Origin: Squalus acanthias
Taxonomy: Eukaryota
Length of the DNA: 64,000 nucleotides
Direction: 5' to 3'
Assembly (NCBI GenBank): GCA_030390025.1
Contig: CM059431.1
Span: forward strand, 115,570,001 to 115,634,000
A program made the translations under genes and the position numbers. The notes below the pieces were generated by a model. That model was not told where the DNA came from and did no database searches. It was given only the letters and a program-made list of their open reading frames with translations. This document shows, piece after piece, positions 49,520 to 61,724 of this stretch (position 1 is the stretch's first letter; each line of letters begins with the position of its first letter).

Positions 49520-49793
49520 TGAATGGCAAAAGAACCAGAGGCGACATGAGGAAAAACATTTTTATGCAGCGAGTTGTGATGATCTGGAATGCACTGCATG
49601 AAAGGGTGGTGGAAGCAGATTCAATAGTAACTTTCAAAAGGGAATTGGATAAACATTTGAAGGGGAAAATTTTGCAGGGCTACAGGAAAAAGCAGGGGAG
49701 TGGGACTAATTGGATAGCTCTTTCAAAGAGCCGTCACAGGCACGATAGGCTGAATGGCCTCCCTCTGTGCTGTATCATTCTATGATTCTATGA
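49520..49793 (+). mobile_element. CR1 3' end of a different subfamily
   Basis: RKNIFMQRVVMIWNALHERVVEADSIVTFKRELD, with (ATTCTATG)2 tail. Confidence 0.88.
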
Positions 49794-51666
49794 ATATACC
49801 AAGAATGCTGAGGCAGGAAAGCACAGTCTTGATCTCGATTCCATTGAATCTAATATCTGTTGAACGTACCCTTTATATTATTGTGGAAATATGTAGTCAC
49901 CACAGCATTTGATGAGTTCTAACAACTGCTGCCCTTTCAAGGTAGATAAAGTATGATGAAGTACAGTGTTAAGAACCCAATCACCCTCTTACCATCCACA
50001 AACATATTTCCTTCTATGGGTGGAAAGAGGAGGTCAAACAGTTGCTGGGGTCTGTCAGGTCATGCGTCTTGTAAAGAAGGATGACCAAATTGCTTAGTGT
50101 TTGAGGAGATTTGAAACTAGCCAGATGCCACATATTGCCCAAGTAATTGACCCAAATACTTCCCCCCTCCCTGTGAATAGCTGTCATTTCTTATTGGGAG
50201 AGGGGAAAAGATTCACTTGTGTATTGAGCATGAGTTTGAACAGATAAACCAAGAAGATTGTAAATCCCACTGAGACTTAAAAAACACATTTTAAATAACT
50301 CGGCTGTTGTGAGGATTCAGTGCTTACTGCAATAGATATACTGTACTTGTGTGTAAATGCCAAAACTATGTCAAAAATATCACAAGTGAATGAAGATACC
50401 AGATTTGGCCATCAGTATTTGCATAAAATGATAGGCCTATTGAAATAGAATCATTAAAGGTTTGAAATGGCACTGAAGGACAGAGCATTTCAGGCCTGTT
50501 CTGTTCCAATGCAGGTCAATTGAAAACATACAAATAAAGGAACAGTATGTTTTATTTCATGTCTTCCTCTTCCTTCTTTCAGCTGCACATTTGCAATTGA
50601 ACCAAAGTAATCTGCCTTCTACCGGACAGCAAGAAGGACCTTGGTTGCCTAGACAACTTGCTGACTGAAAACTCTTAAAGCAAAGATGGCAAATTTCCAG
50701 GTTAGTATTTTTTCTTCCTTTGTGGAAAGACAGACGTTGGCAAGAGCACTGCTGGGGATCCAATAATCAATAAACCTGTTGTTTGAGAAGGGATTATGTC
50801 TGATAACTTGAATGTTAATCTGGTGAGAAATTTCACACTTCTGTTCTGTCCTACATCAAAATTATTTAATGCTGCCAGCCGCAGTTAAGATATTTAAATG
50901 TGCCACAGTGGCCAGTGTTATATTCCAGAAACAATGACTGCAGTCAAGGGAAATAATGGCACTTACATATTACCCAAAGGAGTTGCAAAGTGACAAGTAC
51001 TGGGCTCTATAGATAGTGTTTCTGAATGCAGCAGAAATGTTCTAAAGACCGTAGTCCTGCTTATGGCTTGAGAAGCAAATTAGCATTTCCAGCAAATTTC
51101 CAGCTCGAACTGAATCCTCCTCCCAGTTCACAATGATTTACTCTCATCAGAGAATGGAGTCAAAACTTCTCCTTTGGGTTGCTGATTTATGCTTTTTTTG
51201 TGAAATAGGACATTTGCTTTTGCCTTGCAGAAAACTGCTTTTGCCACTGGTTTTCATCAAGGAAACATAACACTGCCAGCTGCATGCCCTGAATTAAGGG
51301 CTCAGGTAAATGTAAACCAAGGGGACCACATTAAGTACAGACGATCTTGATTTGATGCAAGTGCAGCCTTGTGAGAGATTAATGTAACATTGGTGATAAC
51401 TACTGCATCACATGGTTTAGAAAACAACTCATTGTTGCTTTTAGTATACTGCTGGGCTGTGCTGTGATGTGTGCTGGTCATATTATTTAATCAATCCTTC
51501 ACTGGACATTTCACACTTCAGCATCACTGAGCACATTGACTGTTAGTGTTGGCACTGAGAGCTATTGAAAGCAGAAAAACAGACCCAAAATTGAATAAAA
51601 CCACTTTGTGAAGATCACAGGCTAAAAGAAACATTTAACTTATAAATTGCCATTGCTGATATTAGC

Positions 51667-51795
51667 AGATGAATGCGTAATGCGCTGGTATAATATTCCT
51701 CTGTCCACTATTTTAATGGAGGCTTATGACGGGTGAACCTCTCCATTAAAAAAGCAGACAGAGGAATAGCATAAGGGCATGTAAACCATTCATCT
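51667..51795. repeat. Imperfect 129-bp inverted repeat (hairpin)
   Basis: AGATGAATG/CATTCATCT, TATTCCTCTGTC/GACAGAGGAATA and TTTTAATGGAG/CTCCATTAAAA. Confidence 0.75.
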
Positions 51796-51884
51796 ACAGT
51801 GACTTCTAGGCTATACACTGTGAAGTGACTTTACTGTTGTAATCTCAGCCCTGGCTTTAAGTGACATTTAAGCAAGTGTATTTC

Positions 51885-52260
51885 TCTCCCAAGTTCTCAT
51901 TTCCTGGAGGATTTGATTCCTCCTGGGGTAAGATTCCATTTGTGTCACAATCCTCCAAATTCCTCTCCCAAATGACCATTCACCATGTGTGAGCCTAGAC
52001 TGTGAAGCTATTTGATTGTGGATGATATTACAGCCAAGTCTAGTCCAGCCCTTATCCGATGCCCACGCACGCACACTTTCCTGCAGGAGTCACTGGACAG
52101 CACTCTGGTTATTTTTTTTTGTAGTCTCCAAGCTACTGTGCTGGCTGAGATCAGCTAACTCAGGCAGACTGGGGATCAAACCTGGGACTTTACGGTCTGC
52201 ATGGCTTTGTACCCCACAATGCTGGGCATCGACTCACATTTCAAAGCCATCAAGGAAGCC
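51885..52260 (-). mobile_element. Near full-length AmnSINE2-like SINE
   Basis: CATGTGTGAGCCTAGAC...CAGGAGTCACTGGA...GCTGAGATCAGCTAACTCAG...GGGATCAAACCTGGGAC. Confidence 0.65.
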
Positions 52261-52779
52261 AAGCTTGAGTCTTACAGTAGTATCTGAACTTCCTGAATCA
52301 CTTACAGAATATTACAAGCTACGATACTCCCCAGCGACATGCAGTGAAACAAATTCTGCTGCAATTGCTGGTTAAATGAGAAAGTAGCATAAATTGATGA
52401 ATCATGTGATTCACACACGGGAGCCTTCCATCTACTGTTGTCAACCATAGGACCTCTGTCAGCATGCAAACAAAAAAGGAAAGCTCAAAACAAATGTCAC
52501 GTTAAGTTTGTGTATATTATACAGAATAACACACTATGTTGAAGCCAGCAATAAGGGTTGGAGTTCGGAGGGCATTGAATATCACACTCAAGGTATATGA
52601 CATTATCTTGTGCAAACTATGTTCTTCAAAATACAGGTGCAGCACCTTAAGGCTGCACTTGTAATTCCCGTGGGACACATAAAGGGTGATTTGAAGAGCA
52701 GCTTTGGTGAATGCATTGAAAAATGATGACAAAATCTGACAATTCCAAAGGTGTAGGCAGGAATGCTGCTTTGCTAAGA

Positions 52780-52975
52780 GAACCTTTGAAGTTACATTGA
52801 AGGAGGTGCAAGCAAGGAGGCAGCCATCTTTAGGTATGAGGGGAAACCTCCTTAGCAAAAAGCAGCGATGGCTCTGTGGGAAGAAGTGGGGACTCTGGGG
52901 AGGCAGGTGAATGTAATCTCTGAAGTTAAAAGGACAGCCTTCTAGATGACAAAGAAAATATCAAAGAAGCTTGCC
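52780..52975 (+). pseudogene. Decayed Harbinger Myb/SANT-like DNA-binding gene fragment
   Basis: Frameshifted LKEVQARR...ALWEEV...QVNVISEVKRT...KK fits the Myb/SANT pattern of Harbinger ORF2. Confidence 0.5.
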
Positions 52976-53111
52976 AAGAAACGTGGGTCCTCTACTTATC
53001 TGTTTGTAGTGATCCGCAATATAATGCTGGTAGGTTCAGTAGAAACTCCCTCACTAGACTTTTGCATGCTGTCTGTTCCAGTATTCCTGGTTCAACAAGC
53101 ACAATGGGCTA

Positions 53112-53205
53112 ACAACAGAAAACGCTGGAAAAACTCAGCAGGCCAGGCAGCATCCGTGGAGAGAGAAAGAGAGTTAACGTTTCAGGTCGATGACCTTTCG
53201 TCAGA
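53112..53205 (-). mobile_element. 94-bp Penelope terminal-repeat insertion with intact hammerhead core
   Basis: 11-bp TSD ACAATGGGCTA (53101-53111, 53206-53216). Near-identical to the reverse complement of 37159-37253. Confidence 0.88.
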
Positions 53206-53465
53206 ACAATGGGCTATTGCCCAGCTCTTTTCGGCCTCACAAAAGAGTCAATGAATGACTTCTCATTGTAGGCCATGGAAGGTGCAGCAGGAGAAAGTGA
53301 TTGAAAACTGGTCAGAGTCCCCCAAATCTCCAGACAATGGTGCATCTTCAGGAGCTTACCCTGCACATTACTGATGACTGAGAAAAGAACTAAAGAGTCA
53401 CTCTTATCTCAAGTATCCCTCAGGGACATCTAGCAGCCAGCCACTTCACTTCCTTCTCTCACTAA

Positions 53466-53558
53466 GCGGAGATGCCGGCAAGGGGCGACAGCTCCGAAAG
53501 CTTGTAATTTTAAATAAATCTGTTGGACTATAACCTGGTGTTGTGCGACTTCTCATTT
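53466..53558. mobile_element. 93-bp Penelope-type (second family) terminal insertion with inversion
   Basis: 12-bp TSD TTCTCTCACTAA (53454-53465, 53559-53570). GCGGAGATGCCGG is followed by the reverse complement of 10123-10195. Confidence 0.8.
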
Positions 53559-54967
53559 TTCTCTCACTAAGGCAGCACTAGATTAAGTAGCAGGAGTCAC
53601 TCAGCATCTGGTGTCACTAAGGTAAGCGCCAGGGAAAGAGAAATTAGACTATACCATGCAAGAAGCACAAGAAACATAACATGGTTGCAAGGGATATTAG
53701 TGCTTATGTTTCCTTAGAAGGACACTGTCGTTTATGCTGCTGTAAATCCCTAGCTGTTCAGTGCTGGTGGCTGAAGGTTGAGGGATAAGAGAGGTTCAGC
53801 ATAGATTGTCTTGGTGTGTCTGGCTGGGGAGATCTGATCCAGGATTTATTCTACAGGGCCAATGTCCTTTGAGGTGAAGTAGGTTTGGATTAATCGTTGC
53901 CTCAAGTCATGAGGGTTGCTGCTCAGTCCACATGTTGTGCCTCTGGTTCTGACTGATGTGCGGCCCCCTTCTTCTGCTGCTGGTACATTTCTTCCTCATC
54001 TTCCATCTGAAAAAAAGCTTGCAGAATCACTAAAGAAGTGCCTATAGGGTGGATCAAGATGCTTTGGCCAGGCAAAGGCGGATGAATATTTTGGGGTGGG
54101 AAAGTCAACTTCCCAAACAGTTGTCTATAAATTGTTACGGCTTTATTCTCGCGGTTTATGGGATCATCTCAACTCTTCGATGTGTTAGTGCTTTGAAACA
54201 GATTACAAAGTATGTGCTATCCAACTTGCAGTCCACTTCTAGCCATACATTAGGTAGGTGTCCATTATATAATTAGTTCAGAATGACAAAACAATTTGCA
54301 GTCAAACAATGTGCAAAACAACGTCACGGAAAGGATAGGTTGAGGAATGTATCTGAAGAGTGAGGTAATTACTTTCCACCTAAGACTAATGCTCACCCAT
54401 TCCTGAATTTTACATTCAACAGAACACATGCAGTAATTATACTGCCCCACTCCGAAGGGAAACCCTCTTCCCTATTCTGAAAATTCCAGTTCAACCTCAT
54501 GCTGTAATGCATGCCACAGTTAAATTCTCTTTAAACATGTACCCATTTCGATAAGACATGTTACACTCAGCTCATGATTTTCAACGATTTAAAACAAGTT
54601 ATACTATTTGTAGTGCAGTCCATTTATCACGCATACTGCAACTGAATCTAAATAAACCATTTTTCACTGGGATGGATGTAGTGTAACATAAAACTTATAA
54701 CAGACCGGATAACCGGCCTTTACTACCTTTGTCTCTTATGGGTTGGGTTAATGTGACTAAAATTAATATGCTACTGCATCTGTTAAACATGTTCCAGATG
54801 CTATCCATATATCTCCCCAAATTATTTTTCCAGAACCTTAACAAATTAATCTCTTAAGTTTCTGTAAAATACTAAATGACCTCAACTTAAATTGACAAAA
54901 TTACAGATGGATAAAAACATTAGCAGGCCATATTTCCAATTCAATTTTATTTCCAAAAGAGAAAAAA

Positions 54968-55364
54968 GGAAAACTTGCATTTATATAGTCACTGTTGTAA
55001 TGTAGGAAACACGGCAGCCAATTTGTACACAACAAGCTCCCACAAACAACAATGTGATATTGACCAGATAATCTGTTTCAGTGATGTTGATTGAGGGATA
55101 GATATTGGTCAGGACACCAGTCATAACTCTCCTGGTCTTCTTTGAAATAGTGCCGTGGGATCTTTTACATCCAGCTTAGAAAGCAGACAGGGCCTCAGTT
55201 TAACGTCTCATCCAAAAGTCGGCACCTCCGACAGTGCAGCACCCCATCAGTACTGTACTGGTGTGTCAGCCTAGATTTTTGTGCTCAAGTGTCTGGAGTG
55301 GGACTTGAACCCACAGCCGTCTGACTCAGAAGCAAGAATGCTACCAAATGAGCCACGGCTGACA
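54968..55364 (-). mobile_element. Near full-length DeuSINE (SacSINE1-like)
   Basis: Reverse complement runs from GTCAGCCGTGGCTCATTTGGTAG through GGGTTCAAGTCCC to TATATAAATGCAAG. Confidence 0.88.
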
Positions 55365-56700
55365 CAATGTGATGCGGCATGGCATAGATACAGTATATGT
55401 CAATTGATACGAGCAGCCTACTCACTGCCTGTGGTGAAGTACAGAAGGGAACAGCCTCTGTCACTGCAAGTTGTCCCACATAGTCTCGTAAATTTTACTC
55501 ATTCTGATTGGATGCCTTTTGCCCTATTGTTGAACCGGGCATTAAGCTTCAATGTGTAACTATTACCTCTTCAATGTGTATTTATTTCTTGTATTACTGC
55601 CATGTTTGCAATAGCTGACAGTATCCTGTTATGAGAAGTTTCTTTGGGTTGTATCAGGTATCTGGAAGTATTTTAAAAACTAATAATCAGAAAAAATAAA
55701 TCTATATTATATGGTCCTTTTCCTCAACTGATGACCTGAAGCAAAGTGAAGATTTCGAGGCTGCACACCAGAATCATTGCTCAGGCCCAGAAGTCTGCAT
55801 TATGTTTTCACGTTTAAATCATCTCAGTGCGTTCTCAGGGGGGCAGGCATCGATTGCAAGTTCTGATTTTAATAATAATACGTTTGTCCTTGGTTATTTT
55901 AAAGAATGGAAAACAATTCGTTGAATTATTCAAATACAAACAGCTCTACTGCAGTCAAATTCAATCTTTGGAGTGATGAGTCATGTGAGGTGACTTTTGT
56001 GACGGAAACAAGGCAAATGACTAAGCTTTCCCTGTAAAGTGGAATAAAATGTTGTTCAAAAACTCTCAGTTTCTATGAAGGAAACAAATGGAAAAGCTTC
56101 CAAATCAGTAGCCTGAAGAGCAATACGTCCAGTAAATTCAGACTGCTAAAGAAACAGCGTTATGCCAATCCCATAAGGATAGGCTGGTAGAGCTTGGTAA
56201 TATTGAAGAGCTGCTTAATATGAAATGCCAGGAACGTTATAGCAGTATTGCTGTACACTTGCTGACTTCATAGATAACTCTTTTGATCTTACTTTCTTAA
56301 TTATTTACAATTGGGTGATTTTTTTTAACGCGCTCATCAAGGTTAGTGGTGTTAGAGGGGAATAAAACATTTCAGAAGGGCCAATTTTAACCCCCACGCC
56401 TGGCAGGATTGGGGTGGGTGGGAGGTTAAAGTCTGTGGCTGGACTGCCCCCTTTACCGAACCATTCCTGATGCCCCCCCCCCCAACCCCCGCCCCACCAT
56501 TTTAACTACCAGTTTGTGGCTGAGTGTCAGGTGCCCAACCCAGTCAAGCGGGGTCCTAATCAAAAGGTCAAAGTCGCATTCTGATAATATCAACCCGCTC
56601 CCTCCCCCCCCCACCCCCTACTGCATTCTAACTTAAATTTGCAAATGCAGTGGTGTCTGGGAGTTTCTGAATAGTGTAAAAGGGGGATTGGTGTCTGAGA

Positions 56701-59700
56701 GTTTTTTTTTATTCATTCATGGGATGTGGACATTGCTGGCAAGACCAGCATTTAGTGCCCATCGCTAATTGCCCTTGAGAAGGTGGTGGTGAGCTGCCTT
56801 CTTGAACCGCTGCAGTCCGTGTGGTGAAGGTACTCCCACAGTGCTGTTAGGGAACGAGTTCCAGGATTTTGACCCAGCGACATAAAGGAATGTCAATTAT
56901 TTCCAAGTCAGGATGGTGTGTGACTTGGAGGGGAACTTGGAGGTGGTGGTGTTCCCATGCGCCTGCTGCGCTTTCCTTCTAGGTGGTAGAGGTCGCAGGT
57001 TTGGGCGGTGCTGTCGAAGAAGCCTTGGCAAGTTGCTGCAGTGCATCTTGTAGATGGTACACACTGCAGACACGGTGCGCCAGTGGTGGAGGAAGTGAAT
57101 GTTTAAGGTAGTGAAGGGGGTGCGATCAAGCGGACTGCTTTGTCCTGGATGGTGTCGAGCTTCGTGAGTGTTGTTGGAGCTGCACTCATCCAGGCAAGTG
57201 GAGCATTTTCCATCACACTCCTGATTTGTGCTTTGTAGATGGTGGAAAGGCTTTGGTGAGTCAAGAGGTGAGTCACTCGCTGCGGAATACCCAGCCTCTG
57301 ACCTGCTCTTGTAGCCACGGTAGTTATGTGGCTGGTCCAGTTAAGTTTCTGGTCAATGGTGACCCCCCCAGGATGTTGATGATGGGGAATTCAATGATGG
57401 TAATGCCATTGAATGTCTAGGGGCGATGGTTAGACTTTCTCTTGTTGGAGATGGTCTCCAACAACCACAACCATCTTCCTTTGTGCTGGGTATGACTCCA
57501 GCCAGTGAAGAGTTTTCCCTCTGATTACCGTTGACTTCAATTTTACTAGGGCGCCTTGATGCCACAATCGGTCAAATGCTGCCTTGATGTCAAGGGCAGT
57601 CAATCTCACCTCACCTCTGGAATTCAGCTCTTTTGTCCATGCTTGGAACAAAACAATAATGCAATCTGGAGCCATGTGGTCCTGACGGAACCCAAACTGA
57701 GCATCAGTGAGCAGGTTATTGGTGAGTACGTGCTGTTTAATAGTACTGTCAATCACCCCTTCCATCACTTTGCTGATGATTGAGAGGCGGTAATTGACCG
57801 GATTGAATTTGTCCTGCTTTTTGTGGACAGGACATACCTGAGCAATTTTCCACTTTGTCGGGTAGATGCCAGTGTTGTAGCTGTACTGGAACAGTTTGGC
57901 TAGATGCACGACTAGTTCTGCAGCACAAGTCTTCAGCACGACATCCGGGATGTTGTCGGGGCCCATAGCCTTTGCCGTATCCAGTGCGCTCAACCGTTTC
58001 TTGATATTACATGGAGTGAATCAAATTGGCTGAAGACTGGCTTCTGTGATGGTGGGGACCTCAGAAGGAGGCCGATATGGATCATCCACTCGGCACTTCT
58101 GGCTGAAGGTTGGTTGCAAATGCTTCAGCCTTGTCTTTTGCACTCATGTGCTTGGCTCCACCATCATTGAGGATGGGGATATTCATGGAGCCTCCTCCCG
58201 TTAGTTGTTTATTTGTCCACCATCATTCACAACCGGATGTGGCAGGACTGCAGAGCTTTGATTTGATCCGTTGGTTGTGGGATCACTGAGCTCTGTCTAT
58301 AGCATGCTGCTTTCACAGCTTAGCATGCATCTAAACTTGACTATTCCAATGCACTCCTGGCTGGCCTCCCACATTCCACCCTACGTAAACTTGAGGTCAT
58401 CCAAAACTCGGCTGCCCATGTCCAAACTCGCACCAAATGCCGTTCACCCATCGCCCCTGTGCTCGCTGACCTACATTGGCTCCTGGTTAAGCAACACATC
58501 GATTTCAAAATTCTCATCCTTGTTTTCAAATCCCTCCATGGCCTCACCCCTCCCTATCTCTGTAATCTGCTCCAGCCCCACAACCCCCCGAGATACCTGC
58601 TCTCCTCTATTTCTGCCCTCTTAAGCATCCCTGATTATAATCGCTCAACCATTGGTGGCATTGCCTTCTGTTGCCTAGGCCCCAAGCTCTGGAATTCCCT
58701 CCTTAAACCTCTCCGCCTCTCTACCTCTCTTTTTCCTTAAAACCTACCTCTTTGACCAAGCTTTTAGTCATCTGCCCTAATTTCTCCTTATGTGACTTGG
58801 TGTCAAATTTACTGTCTTATAATACTCTTGTGAAGCGCCTTGCGACGTTTTACTACATTAAAGGCACTATATAAATACAAGTTGTTGTTGTTGTTGCTGC
58901 ATGTAGTCCTGTGTTGTAGCTTCACCAGGTTGGCACCTCATATTTAGGTATGCCTGGTGTTGCTCCTGGCATGCTCTTCTACGTTCCTCATTGAACCAGG
59001 GTTGGTCACCTGGCTTGATGGTAATGGTAGAGTGAGGAATATGCCAGGTCATGAGGTTATAGATTGTAGTGGAGTACAATTCTGCTGCTGCTGATGGCTC
59101 ACAGCGCCTCATGGATGCCCAGTTTTGAGTTGATAGATAAGTTTTGAATCTATCCCATTTAGCACGGTGGTAATGCCACACAACACAATGGAGGGTATCC
59201 TCAGTGTGAAGACGAGACTTCGTCTCCACAAGGACTGTGCAGTGGTCACTCCTACCAATACTGTCATGGACAGATGCATCAGTGACAGGTAGATTGGTGA
59301 GGACGAGGTCAAGTAAGTTTCCCCCTCGTGTTGGTTCTCTCACCACCTGCCGCAGGCTCAGTTTGGCAGCAATGTCCTTCAGGACTCGGCCAGCTCGGTC
59401 AGTAGTGGTGCTACTGAGCCACTCTTGGTGATGGGCATTGAAGTCCCCCAGCCATAGTACATTCTCTGCCTTTGCTACCCTCAGTTCTTCTTCCAAGTGG
59501 TGTTCAACATGGAGAAGTACTGATCCATCAGCTGAGGGCGGTAGGTGGCAATCAGCAGGAGGTTTCCTTGCCCATGTTTGACCTGATTCCATGAGACTTC
59601 ATGGGGTCAGGAGTCAATGTTGAGGACTCCCATGCTCCTGACTGTATACCACTGTGTTGCCACCTCTGGTGGGTCTGTCCTGCCGATGGGACAGGACATA

Positions 59701-60228
59701 CTCAGGGATGGTGATGGAGGAGACTGGGACGTTGGCTGAAAGGTATGATTCTGTGAGTATGACTATGTCAGGCTGTTGCTTGACTTGTCTGTGGGACAGC
59801 TCTCCCAATTTTGGCACAAGTCCCCAGATGTTAGTGAGGAGGACTTTGCAGGGTCGACTGGGCTGGGTGTCTGAATCCGGTGCCTAGATCTAAGCTGGGT
59901 GGTCTGTCCGGTTTTATTCTTATTATAGTTTTTCATAGCGGTTTTGATACTACAGAGTGGCTTGCTAGGCCATTTCGGAGGGCAGTTAAGAGTCAACCAC
60001 ATTGCTGTAGGTCTGGAGTCACATATATGCCAGACCGGGTATTTTAAGTCTAGTAGTTTCATGGTCACTATTACTGACACTAGCTTTTTATTCCAGATTT
60101 TTATTTTTAATTAATTAGCTGAATTTAAATTCCCCAGCTGCCGTTGTGGGATCATTATCTCTGGATCATTAATCCAGGCTTCTGGATTACTAGTCCAGTA
60201 ACATAACCATTATGCTACCCTGTACCCC
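56701..60228 (-). mobile_element. CR1/L2-group (Zenon-like) LINE: APE+RT pseudogene with tRNA/SINE-type 5' head, interrupted by L2
   Basis: PDIVILTESYL, LGDFNAHH, LDLVLTN, SDH (APE). KAMGPDNIP, QFGFRQ, ALDIKAAFDRLWH (RT; YADD region deleted). IYKAQIRSVME. Complete 3' end. Confidence 0.9.
58331..58897 (+). mobile_element. L2 3' fragment inserted in the LINE
   Basis: LADLHWLLVKQHIDFKILILVFKSLHG, (TTG)n tail, TSD TGCAT (58326-58330, 58898-58902). Confidence 0.93.
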
Positions 60229-60759
60229 CTTAACCTCTGTAAACATGACCTGCTGCCTGGTGGACCAGGGGAGGTATGCCATGCCAGTGGCCCTCAAATC
60301 ACGACAGCCCTGAACGTTCACGCTTCCAGCTCCTTCCAGTCTGCAACAGGGGTCACCGGGCTGCAGTTCACAGCTGCCTAAAGCAGGTATAATCTTAATC
60401 TGACTCACTGGAGCTGGCCTAAAATTGTGTCTGTTGAAGACTGCTGAAAAGAATTGGGGAGAAACAAAATGGGAGCATCTACATATATGGGCAATAGAGG
60501 CAACAGCACCACTGATTATCGGAGGATGGATCATGTCATGGTCATATGGATGCCTCATGGAGTTGTGGGTACATAAAGTACTGCCTGACAGGGATGGGCA
60601 GAGCAGGAGCAGCACAACAAATGAGCAGACTACTTAGAGAATCGTGGTCACCTGCTGTCCAAATGATTGGGGTATTATCCATCCTTTGTACCTGCTGCCT
60701 TGTTACTGCGTGCAACTAGTTGTACTTGATTATTAAAATTGCTGATTGCTACCGTATTG

Positions 60760-61170
60760 GTTGTCACATCGAATCGGTTTACACAGGTGATCAACGCCCT
60801 ATTTGCCAGAGCCGAACAGTACCTCACCTCCCGCACTGAACTCAGCAGTCAACAGGAGAGAGCAGTGGCAGGCTTTCCTCACGTGCAGGGTATGATTGAC
60901 TGTGCACACGTGGCCATCAGGTAACGAGACAGCAACATTCGTCAACAGAAAAGGATACCACTGTATCAATGTACAGCTCGTGGCCAATCGCAGGAGCAAC
61001 ACCATGCAGGTCTGTGCAAGGTATCGGGAGCTGCCACAATGCTTTAATTCTCAGACATTCTATCATTGCCTCACTATTCAACCCTGGGAGGAGCGTGACA
61101 GGATGGCTGTCGGAGGACAAGAGTTACCCCCTGCAGACATGGCTGAAGACACCCCTGCGCAACCCCACCA
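60760..61170 (+). pseudogene. Decayed PIF/Harbinger (HARBI1-like DDE) transposase
   Basis: VINALFAR...AGFPHVQGMIDCAHVAI, FVNRKGYHCINVQLV, GSCHNALIL, GWLSEDKSYPLQTWLKTPLRNP across three frames. Confidence 0.9.
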
Positions 61171-61724
61171 GAAAATTGGAAATCTACGTCACTGTCCCAA
61201 TTCATGGTGGAATGCTTTTATCCCCACTCCACTTTCAAGCATGCACCCCTCTCCCCCCTCAATTCAACCTGGCATGCTTCTCCTTTGCCCACATCCACCC
61301 GTATCGTTTAAGCTGGCACTCTTCTTCTCTGTTGCAGTTCATGCTGACACTCTCCTTCCTTCACCCTCAGTTAAAACTGCCACTCTCCATCCAGGAGAAG
61401 TGGTTTGGGGGGGGTGGCGCCGGTCCTCACTGATTCCTCTTCACCAACGCAGCCACACAGACAGTGACCCCCATACACTGTTTGCCTGCATCAACCATGG
61501 ATGGCTGGGATGTAGAGGTTGGCCATGCTTATAAATAAATGAAGCTTGCTTCTTTAGATTGGGTTTAATGTTTGGTGTGAACTTATGCCTCAGCTGCCTG
61601 CTACATGACTTAAAATCTTCCACCTAGGCTTTGTCCAGCGACGGGTGAAGCTCGTAGGCAGCTCAAATCAGGAAATCACAGGCCTATAGCCCATGACTCT
61701 CTGTCCATTAAATTAATGGGCAGA

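Noticed and set aside
60739..61534. Domesticated host gene HARBI1
   Set aside because: Motifs are spread over three frames with a stop, deletions and altered catalytic positions, which fits a decayed transposon.
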